In this document: positions 51,955 to 61,192 of the stretch, in pieces | How positions within the stretch are numbered: the first letter of the stretch is position 1 | Layout: the number at the start of each line of letters is the position of its first letter | DNA from: Planctomycetota bacterium | Lineage (GTDB): Bacteria > Planctomycetota > GCA-002687715 > CAIWVZ01 | Assembly (NCBI GenBank): GCA_044222185.1 | Contig: JBGANV010000006.1 | Location: 96,001-160,000 of the forward strand | Reading direction: 5' to 3' | DNA length: 64,000 nucleotides | Position numbers and translations under genes: made by a program | Notes under the pieces: model-generated | What the model was told of the DNA's origin: nothing | Databases searched by the model: none | Seen by the model: the letters and a program-made list of their open reading frames with translations, nothing else

Positions 51955-52731
51955 TCACTCGATGACGTAGGCGCCCGCGGCGTCGGCGTGGACGGCAGGC
52001 GGGACGTGCGTCGCCTCGAACGCCGTGAACGCAGGCGCGAGCGTCCGCCAGAACGCAACGAGTTCCGGCTTCTCGCCAAATCGGGCGGAGAGCCACGTCA
52101 TTCCCGGCTCGTCCAGGCGTGCGGGAAAGACGTGGACTGCGATCCTCCCCGGGCGGCCTTGCGTCGTGTCGAGCGCCAGCACGTAGATCTCGTCGATGAC
52201 CGCGTCCGTCATCGCGAGACACCCGATGCTCTCGGTTCCGCCGTGGATGCAGATGTCGGCGCCGGGGCGCTCGCGGTCCGACAGGATTCGATCGGATGCG
52301 TTGGGGTAGTCGAGCTTCAGGGAGAGGTGGAGTCGGCTTTGCGGCAGGAACTCACGCACGAGGTAGAAGCCCTCGGGCACCTGGAGATCACCCGAGCGTC
52401 GCTTCGGGCCGAGGCCGCCCGACATGCCTGCGATGGCGTACGTGCGAAGGCGTTCGAATGGTCTTGCTTGCGTCCCTCGCACCCAGACTTCGAGTTCGCG
52501 TTCGTGCTTGAACGCGCGAATGAACATCTCGGCCGGAGGGTACGCGATGCCGAGCGCGCGGGAGGCGTCGCGGAGCGGGGCCTCGGTTCGGCCTCGAGCT
52601 TCGGCGACCCGCACGCGGCCGGGTTTCGTCATGTCGACGAGGCGGCTCCAGTAGCGCGAGGCGACGAGCGCCGTAGCCCCGGCGCCGATGACGACGACCG
52701 TGAGGGAGATGACGACGCTGCGTCGTGCCAT
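51955..52731 (-). CDS. L,D-transpeptidase-family protein (YafK/DpaA-like)
   Basis: IRAFKHERELEVW, GPKRRSGDLQVPEGFY, LDYPN..D, ICIHGG..SIGCLAM (His/Cys dyad). Confidence 0.9.
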   Translation of the reverse strand: MARRSVVISLTVVVIGAGATALVASRYWSRLVDMTKPGRVRVAEARGRTEAPLRDASRALGIAYPPAEMFIRAFKHERELEVWVRGTQARPFERLRTYAIAGMSGGLGPKRRSGDLQVPEGFYLVREFLPQSRLHLSLKLDYPNASDRILSDRERPGADICIHGGTESIGCLAMTDAVIDEIYVLALDTTQGRPGRIAVHVFPARLDEPGMTWLSARFGEKPELVAFWRTLAPAFTAFEATHVPPAVHADAAGAYVIE

Positions 52732-52763
52732 GAGCGATCACTCGATGCGCGTGTGCCGCTGCG

Positions 52764-54485
52764 TCAGAAGCCCGTCCAGTCGTAATTCCCGGACGCATTC
52801 GGCGTGAAGACGAGCGCGTTGAGTCCGGGAACGAGCGGACCCGCCTGCCCGAACATGTAGACCATGTCGGTGGCGTTGTTCGGCCCGTTCACCGGCCCTC
52901 CGACGAAGAACGTCGTCTGACCGGGGTCGGTGGCGCCGCCGGGTCCGCCGGGGCTCAGTCCGAGGAACATGCTGTTCGAGATGCCCGTGACCGGCGGGAA
53001 CGTGAGGAAGCTCGTGATGCCCGAGATCGTGACTGCGCCGCTCACGGTGTCGATCTCGACGTAGAACGTCGCCTGGAGACCCGGGCTGCCGTAGTACGGC
53101 ACGGAGGTCCAGCTGACGCGGAAGAGGCCGGGTGCAGGTACGGACGCCACGATCGATCCGCCGCTGTTGGGCGTGAGGTCGCACCACGCACCCGCCGACG
53201 GCCCCTGCGTCATCGCGGACGCGACGAGCGGCACCGCGTCGCCGCTGCCGGTCGGTCCCCACATGAGTCGGCCGTTCGAACACACGTGCGTGACCGTGTA
53301 CGAGAGGCCGAAGAATGGAACCGTCACCGGACCGCAGAGGGGCATCGCGCCCGTCGTGATCGACACCACGCCGTTGTCCGCGATCGGCCCGGGCACGTTG
53401 ACTGACGAGACCGTCGTCAACTGGTTCGCCGCGGAAAGGCGGAACCCTTCCGCGTTCGTCGGATCGAGAACGATCATCTGCACCGAGACCAGCGCCGGAG
53501 CGGGCAGTGAGGCGGTGATCGCCGCCGGTGCGATGGGCGCGAAGTTCGGCGCGAACAGACCGGCGAACGTCGGGTCCGAGATGTTCAGGTTCAGGTGCTG
53601 CCCGCCGGGCGTCGCGAATCCGCCCGCGTTCGACGGCACGGCTGCGGACGCAGTGAAGAAGAGGTCGAACGGATTGCCCGTGAGCGTGGTCCCGATGGTT
53701 GCGATGACCGGCGCTCCGCTACACGTGGTGACGGTGATTGGGCCGCCGGTGCACGGCGGCGGCGACTGGCCGTTCAGGTCCAGGCTCGCCTGGGTGGAGT
53801 TCACCTGCCACGGCGACTGCCCGAGGGTGTAGTCGATCTTGATCACGGGCACGGATTCGTTGTTCGCCGTCGTGCGAGTTCCGATCGAGCAGAGCACCGT
53901 GTTGCCGTACGAGTTGCCGCCGTTGATCCCCGTCGCTCCGACCTGGGCGTCGAGCGGGATCCCGAGCGTCGTCGTCGTCGCGCACTTCTCCACCTGGACG
54001 AGGAAGTCCAGGCCGAGCGTCGGGTTGTAGGCGAACGGCGCCGTCAGCGGGATCGGGATCCAGTTGGCGGTCGCAGTCCCCGACGCCGTGATCGGCCCGG
54101 TGGTCCACGCTCCGTTGAACACGACCGTGGCGTTCGTACCCACGTTCGCGGCAAAGCTCGTGCTCTGCGCCGTCGCCGTGTAGTTGTTGGGCGACGACGA
54201 GCACGTCACGCGGACGTTGGGAAAGTTGCCGCCAGCACTCACGAGCGTCGGCTGGCTGGCGCGAACGGAGATCCCCGTGATCGTGATGGGCCCGGTGGCC
54301 TGGAACTGCCCCGAGTCGTAAACCCACTGCCAGACCTGGGACGAAGTGGAGTTGAAGGGGCTCTGGGCCGTCCCGTTTCCGTCGATGCTGAGGAGGCCGT
54401 TGGGAAGCGTCTGGGTGCAGGCCTGACCGCGGGCGACCGCACTCGAGAACAGGAGCGCATGAATGAGGGCGATGCGTCGGATCAT
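52764..54485 (-). CDS. Exported multidomain protein with internal shared domain and C-terminal nidogen(NIDO)-like region
   Basis: Signal MIRRIALIHALLFSSAVARGQ; internal VQMIVLDPTNAEGFRLSAA; C-terminal PFFG..Y..VCSNG.L..WCDL.P. Confidence 0.8.
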   Translation of the reverse strand: MIRRIALIHALLFSSAVARGQACTQTLPNGLLSIDGNGTAQSPFNSTSSQVWQWVYDSGQFQATGPITITGISVRASQPTLVSAGGNFPNVRVTCSSSPNNYTATAQSTSFAANVGTNATVVFNGAWTTGPITASGTATANWIPIPLTAPFAYNPTLGLDFLVQVEKCATTTTLGIPLDAQVGATGINGGNSYGNTVLCSIGTRTTANNESVPVIKIDYTLGQSPWQVNSTQASLDLNGQSPPPCTGGPITVTTCSGAPVIATIGTTLTGNPFDLFFTASAAVPSNAGGFATPGGQHLNLNISDPTFAGLFAPNFAPIAPAAITASLPAPALVSVQMIVLDPTNAEGFRLSAANQLTTVSSVNVPGPIADNGVVSITTGAMPLCGPVTVPFFGLSYTVTHVCSNGRLMWGPTGSGDAVPLVASAMTQGPSAGAWCDLTPNSGGSIVASVPAPGLFRVSWTSVPYYGSPGLQATFYVEIDTVSGAVTISGITSFLTFPPVTGISNSMFLGLSPGGPGGATDPGQTTFFVGGPVNGPNNATDMVYMFGQAGPLVPGLNALVFTPNASGNYDWTGF

Positions 54486-54757
54486 GGGGTGGCTCCGGGC
54501 TGGCGCGGGTGGTCGAGGATGACCGAGCCCATCGGACCGCCAGGATACTGCCGGCATGCGCCGCGCGTAAGCCGCGGATCCGGGCGCTTCGGCCTCGATG
54601 AACCCCTGCGGCGTCGTGAAGCTGACGATCGGGCGCACCTCGGGTGGCCCTCGGGGCCGCATCCTCGGTCGGACCGTGCGGCCGCGATCGCCGTAACTGC
54701 GGCTCGGTTGCCGTGTAGACTGTCCACACCCACGGTCCGCGCCAGTCTGGCTTGCGT

Positions 54758-57379
54758 ATGCATCGGTTCGGCATCCTGTCGAAGATCCTCGTGTCGGCGT
54801 GCGCCACGTCCATCTGCGTTGGACTGTCCGCGCAGGCGCAGTTCCGCGTTCCGCGCCTCGAGACGGACGGCCGCACGTATCGCGCCGCGGCAGACCTGGA
54901 CCTGGATGGCAAGTCCGAGTTGATCGGTTTCCTCGCCGGGAATCTCGTCGTCTGGCGGCCCGCGACCGACGGGAGCTACCAGCCGTGGATCCAACTGTCG
55001 GGAGTTCAGGCCGCCGACGCTCCCGTCGCTGCAATCGACATGACGGGCGACAACCTGCCGGAGATCGTCGTCGTCGTCCCCGGTGCAACGATGGCGGCCA
55101 CCGCGCTTGCGGTGTATTCGGTGGTGTCGGGGCCCGCGCTCGTGCAGTTGCTGACGATCCCGATCGGGCTCCAGGTCATGTCCCTTTCCGCGGGCGAGGT
55201 GACCGGTGACGGCGTCGCCGACCTCCTCGTTTCGACCGTTACGCCCCTCCCCCTGCCACCCTTCTCGGTGGTGTCACTGCGGTGGATCACGGTGACGGTG
55301 AACGGCTTCGTCGTGCTTCCGGCGTTCACGTTGCCTCTCGGGGGGCAGAATCCGCAGACGATCGTCCCGTGGGATTCGAATTCCGACGGTCTGACGGAGG
55401 TGATCGTTCACGAGGCGCTACCGAACCTCACGATCGGTCTGCGGGTCTACAACTGCGCTGGTGGCACATTCACTCCTGGCAGCCTGCTTCCGATCGCGTC
55501 AGCGAACGGATCGAGCGTCGTCGTCCTCGATCTGGATGCCGATGGCCGCAAGGACGTCGCCTTGCTTTCAGTCGACGGCTCCTCGCCGGCGGCGACGGTT
55601 GCGACGGTCCGTCAGGTGCCATCGGTGGGGTGGGTGGCCGGACCACAGAGCACGGTCTATGGGCCCGGGCCACAGTCCTTGGGGTGGGCATTCGGCGGGG
55701 ACATCGATGGCGATGGCGACGGAGACATCGCCTACCGGGCCGATCCGCCCACGTCGTCCAGCTGGCCCAATCGCCTCTCGCTCCTGCGCAACGACGGCAC
55801 GGGCCGGTTCACGATGGCGGTCGCGTTCGCGCTCGGGCAGTCGGGCAGCGGCGGGCCCGGGCTCGCGGATATCAACGCCGATGGTCGCACCGACTTCATC
55901 GGACCCGGGGAGATCCTCGCGATCGACGATGGGATCAGCGGGCCGAAGTACTGGTCGCAGAACGAGGTCGATGGGATCCTGGCCGACGCCGACGGCGACG
56001 GCGACGTCGACCGCGTGGCACGGAGCACGATGACCGTGTACTCGAACGCCGGCGATGGGGGACTGATCTTCCCGCCGATCTCCGCGCAGATCCCGCTCCC
56101 TCCGGGTGCCACCGCGGCGGCCTGCAACCTCGTCGAGGACCTGGACGGCGACGGCCTCTACGAGGGCATCTTCACGGTGAATGGTGGGTCCGGCACTCAG
56201 CGCGTGATGATTGCGCGGCCGGATGGGTCGCTTCAGGATCAGGGCCAGCTCCTGCCGTCGACCGCGCCGGTCGACGTGAGCGGCGGGCTCGTGGCCGACG
56301 TCGATCAGGACGGATTCCTCGACATCGTCGCACCTGCTGGCGTGCTTCGCCGGATCCCCGGGGGCACGTACCAGGTCTACGCATCTCCGTGGGCCGGGTG
56401 GACGCCGCGTGCCGTCGGTGATGTGGACGGTGACGGTCGCCCGGACGTTCTCGCTGCTCCCGCCGCCGTCGCTCTGGCCGGGACCATGCGCTGGTACCGG
56501 AACCTGGGCGCCGGGGCCTTCGCGTCGGTGTCGGTTGCCATGACGGGGATCACGGTGACGAGCCTTCGCGCTCGCGACCTCGACGGCGACGGCGATCTGG
56601 ACGTCGTCTGCATCCGCGCGCCGTCCGGGTCCCTGGCTTCAGGTGGCCGGGTGCTTGGCATCCGGCCGTGGCAGGGAGCGGCGTTTGGTCCGGCGACGGA
56701 AGTGCCGGTCTCCGACTTCGCGCAGCACTCGGACGTCGGCGACGTCGACTTGGACGGCGCGCTCGACATCCTCGCGTTCGAGGACGGCTTCGAGGTGGCA
56801 CGCGCGGACATCCTGTACGGAACGCCATCGGGCCCACTCACCGGGCACCGGGAGACCTTCGCGACGCCGCGGTCGCGCCAACTTGCGGACATGGATGGCG
56901 ACGGCGACCTGGACCTCTTCGGAGAATCCGTCGTCCTCAATCGGACGGTGGATGCGCCGGTCGTAGGGACGCGGCGGCAGTTTGGATTCGCGGGTGGCTC
57001 GAGCCTCAGGCCGAGTCCGCTTCGCTACCCGACGCTCGGACTCCTTGGTCCGCTCGGTCAGTCGACTTCCGCGGTCCTGCGTGCGCGGGGTTTCGAGGGA
57101 GGCGCCCCCGGCTATCTCGGCCTCTCGCTTCAACAGGCCGTGCCTCCGGTGGCGGTGGTTCCCGGCCTCGTGCTTCAGATATGGCCGATCGCGGGGGTCC
57201 TTCCGCTCGCGACCAATGGGACGCCGGGCGTTCCCGGTTCGGGTGTCTTCACGGCCCCCGTCGCCATTCCGCCATCGCTTGCGGGGAGCCACTTCTACCT
57301 CCAGGCAGCGTTCGCGGATGCGTCGGCGCCGGCCGGCGCGGTCGTCACGAACGGCCTCGAAATCCAGATCGGGCAGTGA
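54758..57379 (+). CDS. Exported FG-GAP/VCBS repeat protein with C-terminal shared domain
   Basis: Signal peptide; many DxDGDGxxD motifs; ends PPSLAGSHFYLQAAFADASAPAGAVVTNGLEIQIGQ. Confidence 0.9.
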   Translation: MHRFGILSKILVSACATSICVGLSAQAQFRVPRLETDGRTYRAAADLDLDGKSELIGFLAGNLVVWRPATDGSYQPWIQLSGVQAADAPVAAIDMTGDNLPEIVVVVPGATMAATALAVYSVVSGPALVQLLTIPIGLQVMSLSAGEVTGDGVADLLVSTVTPLPLPPFSVVSLRWITVTVNGFVVLPAFTLPLGGQNPQTIVPWDSNSDGLTEVIVHEALPNLTIGLRVYNCAGGTFTPGSLLPIASANGSSVVVLDLDADGRKDVALLSVDGSSPAATVATVRQVPSVGWVAGPQSTVYGPGPQSLGWAFGGDIDGDGDGDIAYRADPPTSSSWPNRLSLLRNDGTGRFTMAVAFALGQSGSGGPGLADINADGRTDFIGPGEILAIDDGISGPKYWSQNEVDGILADADGDGDVDRVARSTMTVYSNAGDGGLIFPPISAQIPLPPGATAAACNLVEDLDGDGLYEGIFTVNGGSGTQRVMIARPDGSLQDQGQLLPSTAPVDVSGGLVADVDQDGFLDIVAPAGVLRRIPGGTYQVYASPWAGWTPRAVGDVDGDGRPDVLAAPAAVALAGTMRWYRNLGAGAFASVSVAMTGITVTSLRARDLDGDGDLDVVCIRAPSGSLASGGRVLGIRPWQGAAFGPATEVPVSDFAQHSDVGDVDLDGALDILAFEDGFEVARADILYGTPSGPLTGHRETFATPRSRQLADMDGDGDLDLFGESVVLNRTVDAPVVGTRRQFGFAGGSSLRPSPLRYPTLGLLGPLGQSTSAVLRARGFEGGAPGYLGLSLQQAVPPVAVVPGLVLQIWPIAGVLPLATNGTPGVPGSGVFTAPVAIPPSLAGSHFYLQAAFADASAPAGAVVTNGLEIQIGQ

Positions 57380-57406
57380 GCCGACCGGTCGCGGCAGCGC
57401 TCCCGG

Positions 57407-58318
57407 TCACCGCACGAGCTGCGGCGTGTCCGGGATCGCCGGGCCGCCGATGGATTCACCGTACATCGGCGTCGTCACGAGCACGCCGTACTCCCGGAAG
57501 ACGAACATGAGATCGAACTGGTCGGTCATCATTCGCAGGAATGCAGCCAGCGTCACGGGCTCGTTGAACGGAGTCGTGACCTTCGCCTCGGTCAGAGCGG
57601 CGTCCTCCTGAGCCGACCGGTGAACCACGAAAGAGAGCGCCGTCGACTTGGCGAGACTGTCGAGGACTTCGCTCAGCGGAGCCTCCTTGAAACGCGTCGA
57701 GATCTTCGCCGAGAGTGGCCCCTCGACCATCGCAGCCGGAAGGGCAGGCCGATGGGCGGTGACGGGCGGGGTTGGCGCAGTGGGTGCCGGCACGAGTTGG
57801 TTGCTGAACGGGTCCGGTCCGTGCCCGCTGCCCGACTGGCTCGCGCCCCCCGACGCCAGCATGTAGCGCAGCCCCGCCTCCAGCTGGGAGAGGTCCATCT
57901 GCGCCTTCTGCAGGGTGAACCTGGCGGCCAGCACGTCGGTTTGCGACGCGGCGCCCGCCCCGCCGGCCTGCGCGATCCTCTCCCAGGTCAACTTCGCCTG
58001 CTCGATCGCCATCACCTGCTTCTCGCGCTCGTTGTGCAGCGCGATCACCTCGCGTGCGACCTTCAGCCGGACCTGGCTGAGTTCGGCCTCGGCTTGTCGC
58101 AGCTTCGCTTCGGCGAGGACGACGTCCGGGTTGGCGCGGAGCGCGACGGAGATCGTTTCGTCCAGGGTGCTCGGAATGTCGGGCAGGCGCCGCTCCGAGG
58201 AGGCGGCGCCCCCTCGCGTCGGGGCTCCAGGGCCGGCCCGTCCGGCTTCCTGGCCGAAGGTGGCTGCGGAGAACGCAAGGCACATCGTTGCGATGGTGAC
58301 CAATCGAACGGGTTTCAT
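57407..58318 (-). CDS. Exported protein: TolC-like helical segment plus C-terminal STN-like domain
   Basis: AGGAGG RBS; signal; LDETISVALRANPDVVLAEAKLRQAEAEL (outer-membrane efflux helix motif); LSAKISTRFKEAPLSEVLDSLAK (STN-like). Confidence 0.7.
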   Translation of the reverse strand: MKPVRLVTIATMCLAFSAATFGQEAGRAGPGAPTRGGAASSERRLPDIPSTLDETISVALRANPDVVLAEAKLRQAEAELSQVRLKVAREVIALHNEREKQVMAIEQAKLTWERIAQAGGAGAASQTDVLAARFTLQKAQMDLSQLEAGLRYMLASGGASQSGSGHGPDPFSNQLVPAPTAPTPPVTAHRPALPAAMVEGPLSAKISTRFKEAPLSEVLDSLAKSTALSFVVHRSAQEDAALTEAKVTTPFNEPVTLAAFLRMMTDQFDLMFVFREYGVLVTTPMYGESIGGPAIPDTPQLVR

Positions 58319-58329
58319 TGGCGAACCTC

Positions 58330-58863
58330 CTATGGGTTGGATTGTTTGAGCGACGTCAAGAGCCAGCTGTCCGTCGGATCGAAGCGTTTGCGATCGGTGG
58401 GGGACGCCGAATCCAGCATGGCCCGGTAGCAGCGGAGGGCCGACACCACGTCGACGTCGTCGTTGAGGAAGCGGTCGCCGGCGAGCTTGAACAGAAGGAG
58501 TCGCTGATCGGCCGGTGCGGTGCGGGCGCGCTCCTCGATCTGGGCCGGCGATGGGCGAACCGGGGGTGCCTCGGCAGTGATCGAGTTGCCGGCGTCGACC
58601 CGCGGAACGATCGCCGCCGCCGGCGAAGTCGCGGGCTTCGGCGCGTCCGGACGAAGCCACGGCGCAACGGCGACGCCCGCGACGAAGCACGCCGTGAACG
58701 TCGTGGCGATCGCCATGCGGCGCAGACGGCGCCTCGCGACCAGACGCTTCGCCGTCGCGAGGAAGATCCGCTCGCGAAGCGCATCGCCGGTTGGAGAGGG
58801 TTGGAACACGTCGGGCTGATCCTTGATGGCGGAGAGCAACGCGTCGTCGTCAGCGTGGTTCAT
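58330..58863 (-). CDS. Putative anti-sigma factor (single TM)
   Basis: Start overlaps the ECF stop; short cytoplasmic N-terminus, RRRLRR, TM, Pro-rich linker, helical C-terminus. Confidence 0.7.
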   Translation of the reverse strand: MNHADDDALLSAIKDQPDVFQPSPTGDALRERIFLATAKRLVARRRLRRMAIATTFTACFVAGVAVAPWLRPDAPKPATSPAAAIVPRVDAGNSITAEAPPVRPSPAQIEERARTAPADQRLLLFKLAGDRFLNDDVDVVSALRCYRAMLDSASPTDRKRFDPTDSWLLTSLKQSNP

Positions 58864-59453
58864 GGGCCCTCGATTCCTCCCATGTGGGCGTCGAGCGCGT
58901 CGAAGGCGCGACGGAACGCGTCGCGAGCTCGCACGAGCATGGACTCGACGGACTTGGGTGTGCGCCCCGTGGCCGTCGCGATCTCGTTCACGGGGCGGCC
59001 GTCGTGGTACTTCCAGCGGAGCACGTCGCGGTAGTTCGCAGGGAGCGTGCTCATGGCGACCGCGATCTGATGTTGCAGCTCCGTGTGCGCGCTCGCGTCC
59101 GAGGGCGAGCGTTCCGGCTGCGTCGGCGCGATCCTCTCGTCGAGCGTCGTCCCCTCGACGCGGTCGCGCCTCTCCCACCGCCGTTGCTGGTTCTTCAGCA
59201 CGAGGGCGGCGATGCCGATCACCCACGCGACGAACGGCCCGCGCTCCGGGTCGAAGGTCTTGATGCGGCGAAGAGCGACCATCCACGTCTCCTGAAGGAC
59301 TTCCTCGGCGCGATCGGCGCGCTGCCCCGTGCGGCCCCGCACGAATGTGTGGGCACCGTCGAATCCACGTTCGTAGAGAATGCGCCAGGCCGCGTCGTCG
59401 CCAGCGGCGACGGCGTCTCGGAGGAGCCGTTCCTGCCAGATGCGTTCGTCCAC
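58860..59453 (-). CDS. ECF RNA polymerase sigma factor
   Basis: AGDDAAWRILY, AEEVLQETW, FDPERGPF..W, LPANYRDVL..KY..EIA..GRTPKSVES.L.RAR. Confidence 0.93.
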   Translation of the reverse strand: MDERIWQERLLRDAVAAGDDAAWRILYERGFDGAHTFVRGRTGQRADRAEEVLQETWMVALRRIKTFDPERGPFVAWVIGIAALVLKNQQRRWERRDRVEGTTLDERIAPTQPERSPSDASAHTELQHQIAVAMSTLPANYRDVLRWKYHDGRPVNEIATATGRTPKSVESMLVRARDAFRRAFDALDAHMGGIEGP

Positions 59454-59561
59454 GAGTTGTGGGACTCCGCCGGCCGCGGCGGGTCACGCGGGGAATTGTC
59501 GCTTCGCGGGCCGATCCTTCGTGGGATCGGGAATTCCGACCCGAACGGCGCGGAGTGCGGA

Positions 59562-59951
59562 TCAGGCCGGGTCGACGATCAGGAACCCGCCGGTGTACCG
59601 GGCACAGACCTTGCCCCCTTCATCCGTGAGGGTTGCGTCGACGACGAGGCGGCGACGACCCCGGTGGACGATGACGGCTTGCGCCTCGCAGCGGCCCGCT
59701 GGGACGGGCCGCAGGAACTGAACGGTGAACTCCGTCGACGTGAACACGCACCCCGCCGGGAGCGTCGCAAAGCAGGCGCAGGCGGCGGCCGAGTCCAGGA
59801 GCGTGGAGATGACCCCGCCGTGAGTGAGACCGTGGACCTGCGTGTGCTGACCCGTCACGGTCATGGCGAGTCGGGCGCGGCCCTCCATCGCTTCGACGAC
59901 TTCGACGCCGAGCGAGCGGAGGAACGGAGCTTCCGTGAACGGGTGCGGCAC
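59562..59951 (-). CDS. PaaI family thioesterase
   Basis: PFLRSLG, HGGVISTLLD, FLRP hotdog-fold motifs. Confidence 0.9.
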   Translation of the reverse strand: MPHPFTEAPFLRSLGVEVVEAMEGRARLAMTVTGQHTQVHGLTHGGVISTLLDSAAACACFATLPAGCVFTSTEFTVQFLRPVPAGRCEAQAVIVHRGRRRLVVDATLTDEGGKVCARYTGGFLIVDPA

Positions 59952-59955
59952 GGCG

Positions 59956-60627
59956 TCACCCGAAGCGGTGGAAGATGTCGAGCATGCGTTGCCCGTCGCG
60001 GAGCAGGTACGCCGGGATGTGGAACACGCCGATCATCGCGTCGACGACGAACCAGAACTTCCGAGAGAACTGGGGGACGCCCACGAAGAGGGCGAGCACG
60101 ATGAACATGGAGTACGCGCCGAAACGGTTCGCTGCGACCTGCACGTCGCGGGGGAGCCACGGGGCGATGGCGCCGAATCCGTCGAGTCCGGGGATCGGGA
60201 GGAGGTTCAGCACGACGGCGCACGCCTGGAGTTCGCAGCAGATGGCGAGGATCGGCCAGACGGCGCCGGTCGATTCTCCGCCGCTGAAATCTTTGAACGC
60301 GAACGGAAGCCCGAGCACGAGGCACATGACGACGTTCGCGGCTGGACCGGCGAGGCTCACCGCCGATCGCCATCCCTTCGATCGCAACCGCCACGTTTCG
60401 ATCCACACGGCACCACCTGGCAAGGCGAAGCCACCGACCATCATGGCGGCGACGGGCCAGAGAATGCTCTGGACCGGGTTCATGTAGTGGAGCGGATTGA
60501 ACGAGAGATAGCCCTTGTCCCTCACCGTGTAGTCTCCGCCAGCGAATGCGACGCGGGCATGGAAGTACTCGTGAAGGCAGAGCGAGAAGATCCAGATCAT
60601 GAGGATCGCGAGAAACGGTCCGATCAT
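59956..60627 (-). CDS. Site-2 protease (M50 family)
   Basis: LHEYFH, LSFNPL, VSLAGP..N, NLLPIPGLDG. Confidence 0.92.
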   Translation of the reverse strand: MIGPFLAILMIWIFSLCLHEYFHARVAFAGGDYTVRDKGYLSFNPLHYMNPVQSILWPVAAMMVGGFALPGGAVWIETWRLRSKGWRSAVSLAGPAANVVMCLVLGLPFAFKDFSGGESTGAVWPILAICCELQACAVVLNLLPIPGLDGFGAIAPWLPRDVQVAANRFGAYSMFIVLALFVGVPQFSRKFWFVVDAMIGVFHIPAYLLRDGQRMLDIFHRFG

Positions 60628-60634
60628 GGTTCGC

Positions 60635-61096
60635 TCAAAATGGGAGTTTGGGGTCGAGACGGGCGTCGGAGACGTCCGCGTACGTGAGGTCAAAAACGTC
60701 ACCACGCTCGAGCTTCAAGCGAAAGCCCGACGTGTCGGCGCGCTCGAGCATGCCGACGACGACGCGGTCCTTCGCCGTCGGGTCGCGGCGAACGATGCGG
60801 ATCCGCTCGCCGACGAAGCGGATGAAGTGGGCCGGCGTTCGCAGGGGACGGAGCGCGCCCGGCGACTCCACGTCGACGGACCAGTCGTCCACGGCGATGC
60901 CGGCGTCCGTCAGCTTGTTGCGAAGGTAGAGGTTGAAGCGCGCGATCTCGTCGACGCTGACGCGACCGGAGTTCTTGTCGATGACGACGTGGAGACTGCG
61001 GTCCTGGCCGATGCGGAGATCGAAGAGCTCGTACCGCGATTCGGCGACGACGCGTTCGACCTCCTGCTTGACCATCTCCTTCTCACGGTTGTTCAC
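60635..61096 (-). CDS. rimP: Ribosome maturation factor RimP
   Basis: GGGAG RBS; L.V.ID...VSVDE, VESPGALRPLRTPAHFIRFVG, ARL.P. Confidence 0.85.
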   Translation of the reverse strand: MNNREKEMVKQEVERVVAESRYELFDLRIGQDRSLHVVIDKNSGRVSVDEIARFNLYLRNKLTDAGIAVDDWSVDVESPGALRPLRTPAHFIRFVGERIRIVRRDPTAKDRVVVGMLERADTSGFRLKLERGDVFDLTYADVSDARLDPKLPF

Positions 61097-61192
61097 TCGA
61101 ACTCTCCCGCCTTCTGGCCCGTCACGCGGCGCGAAGACGCGGGACGATAACCCCGACGCCGGGGGCCCCGTAGCTCGGAGGCCGACGCAGGG

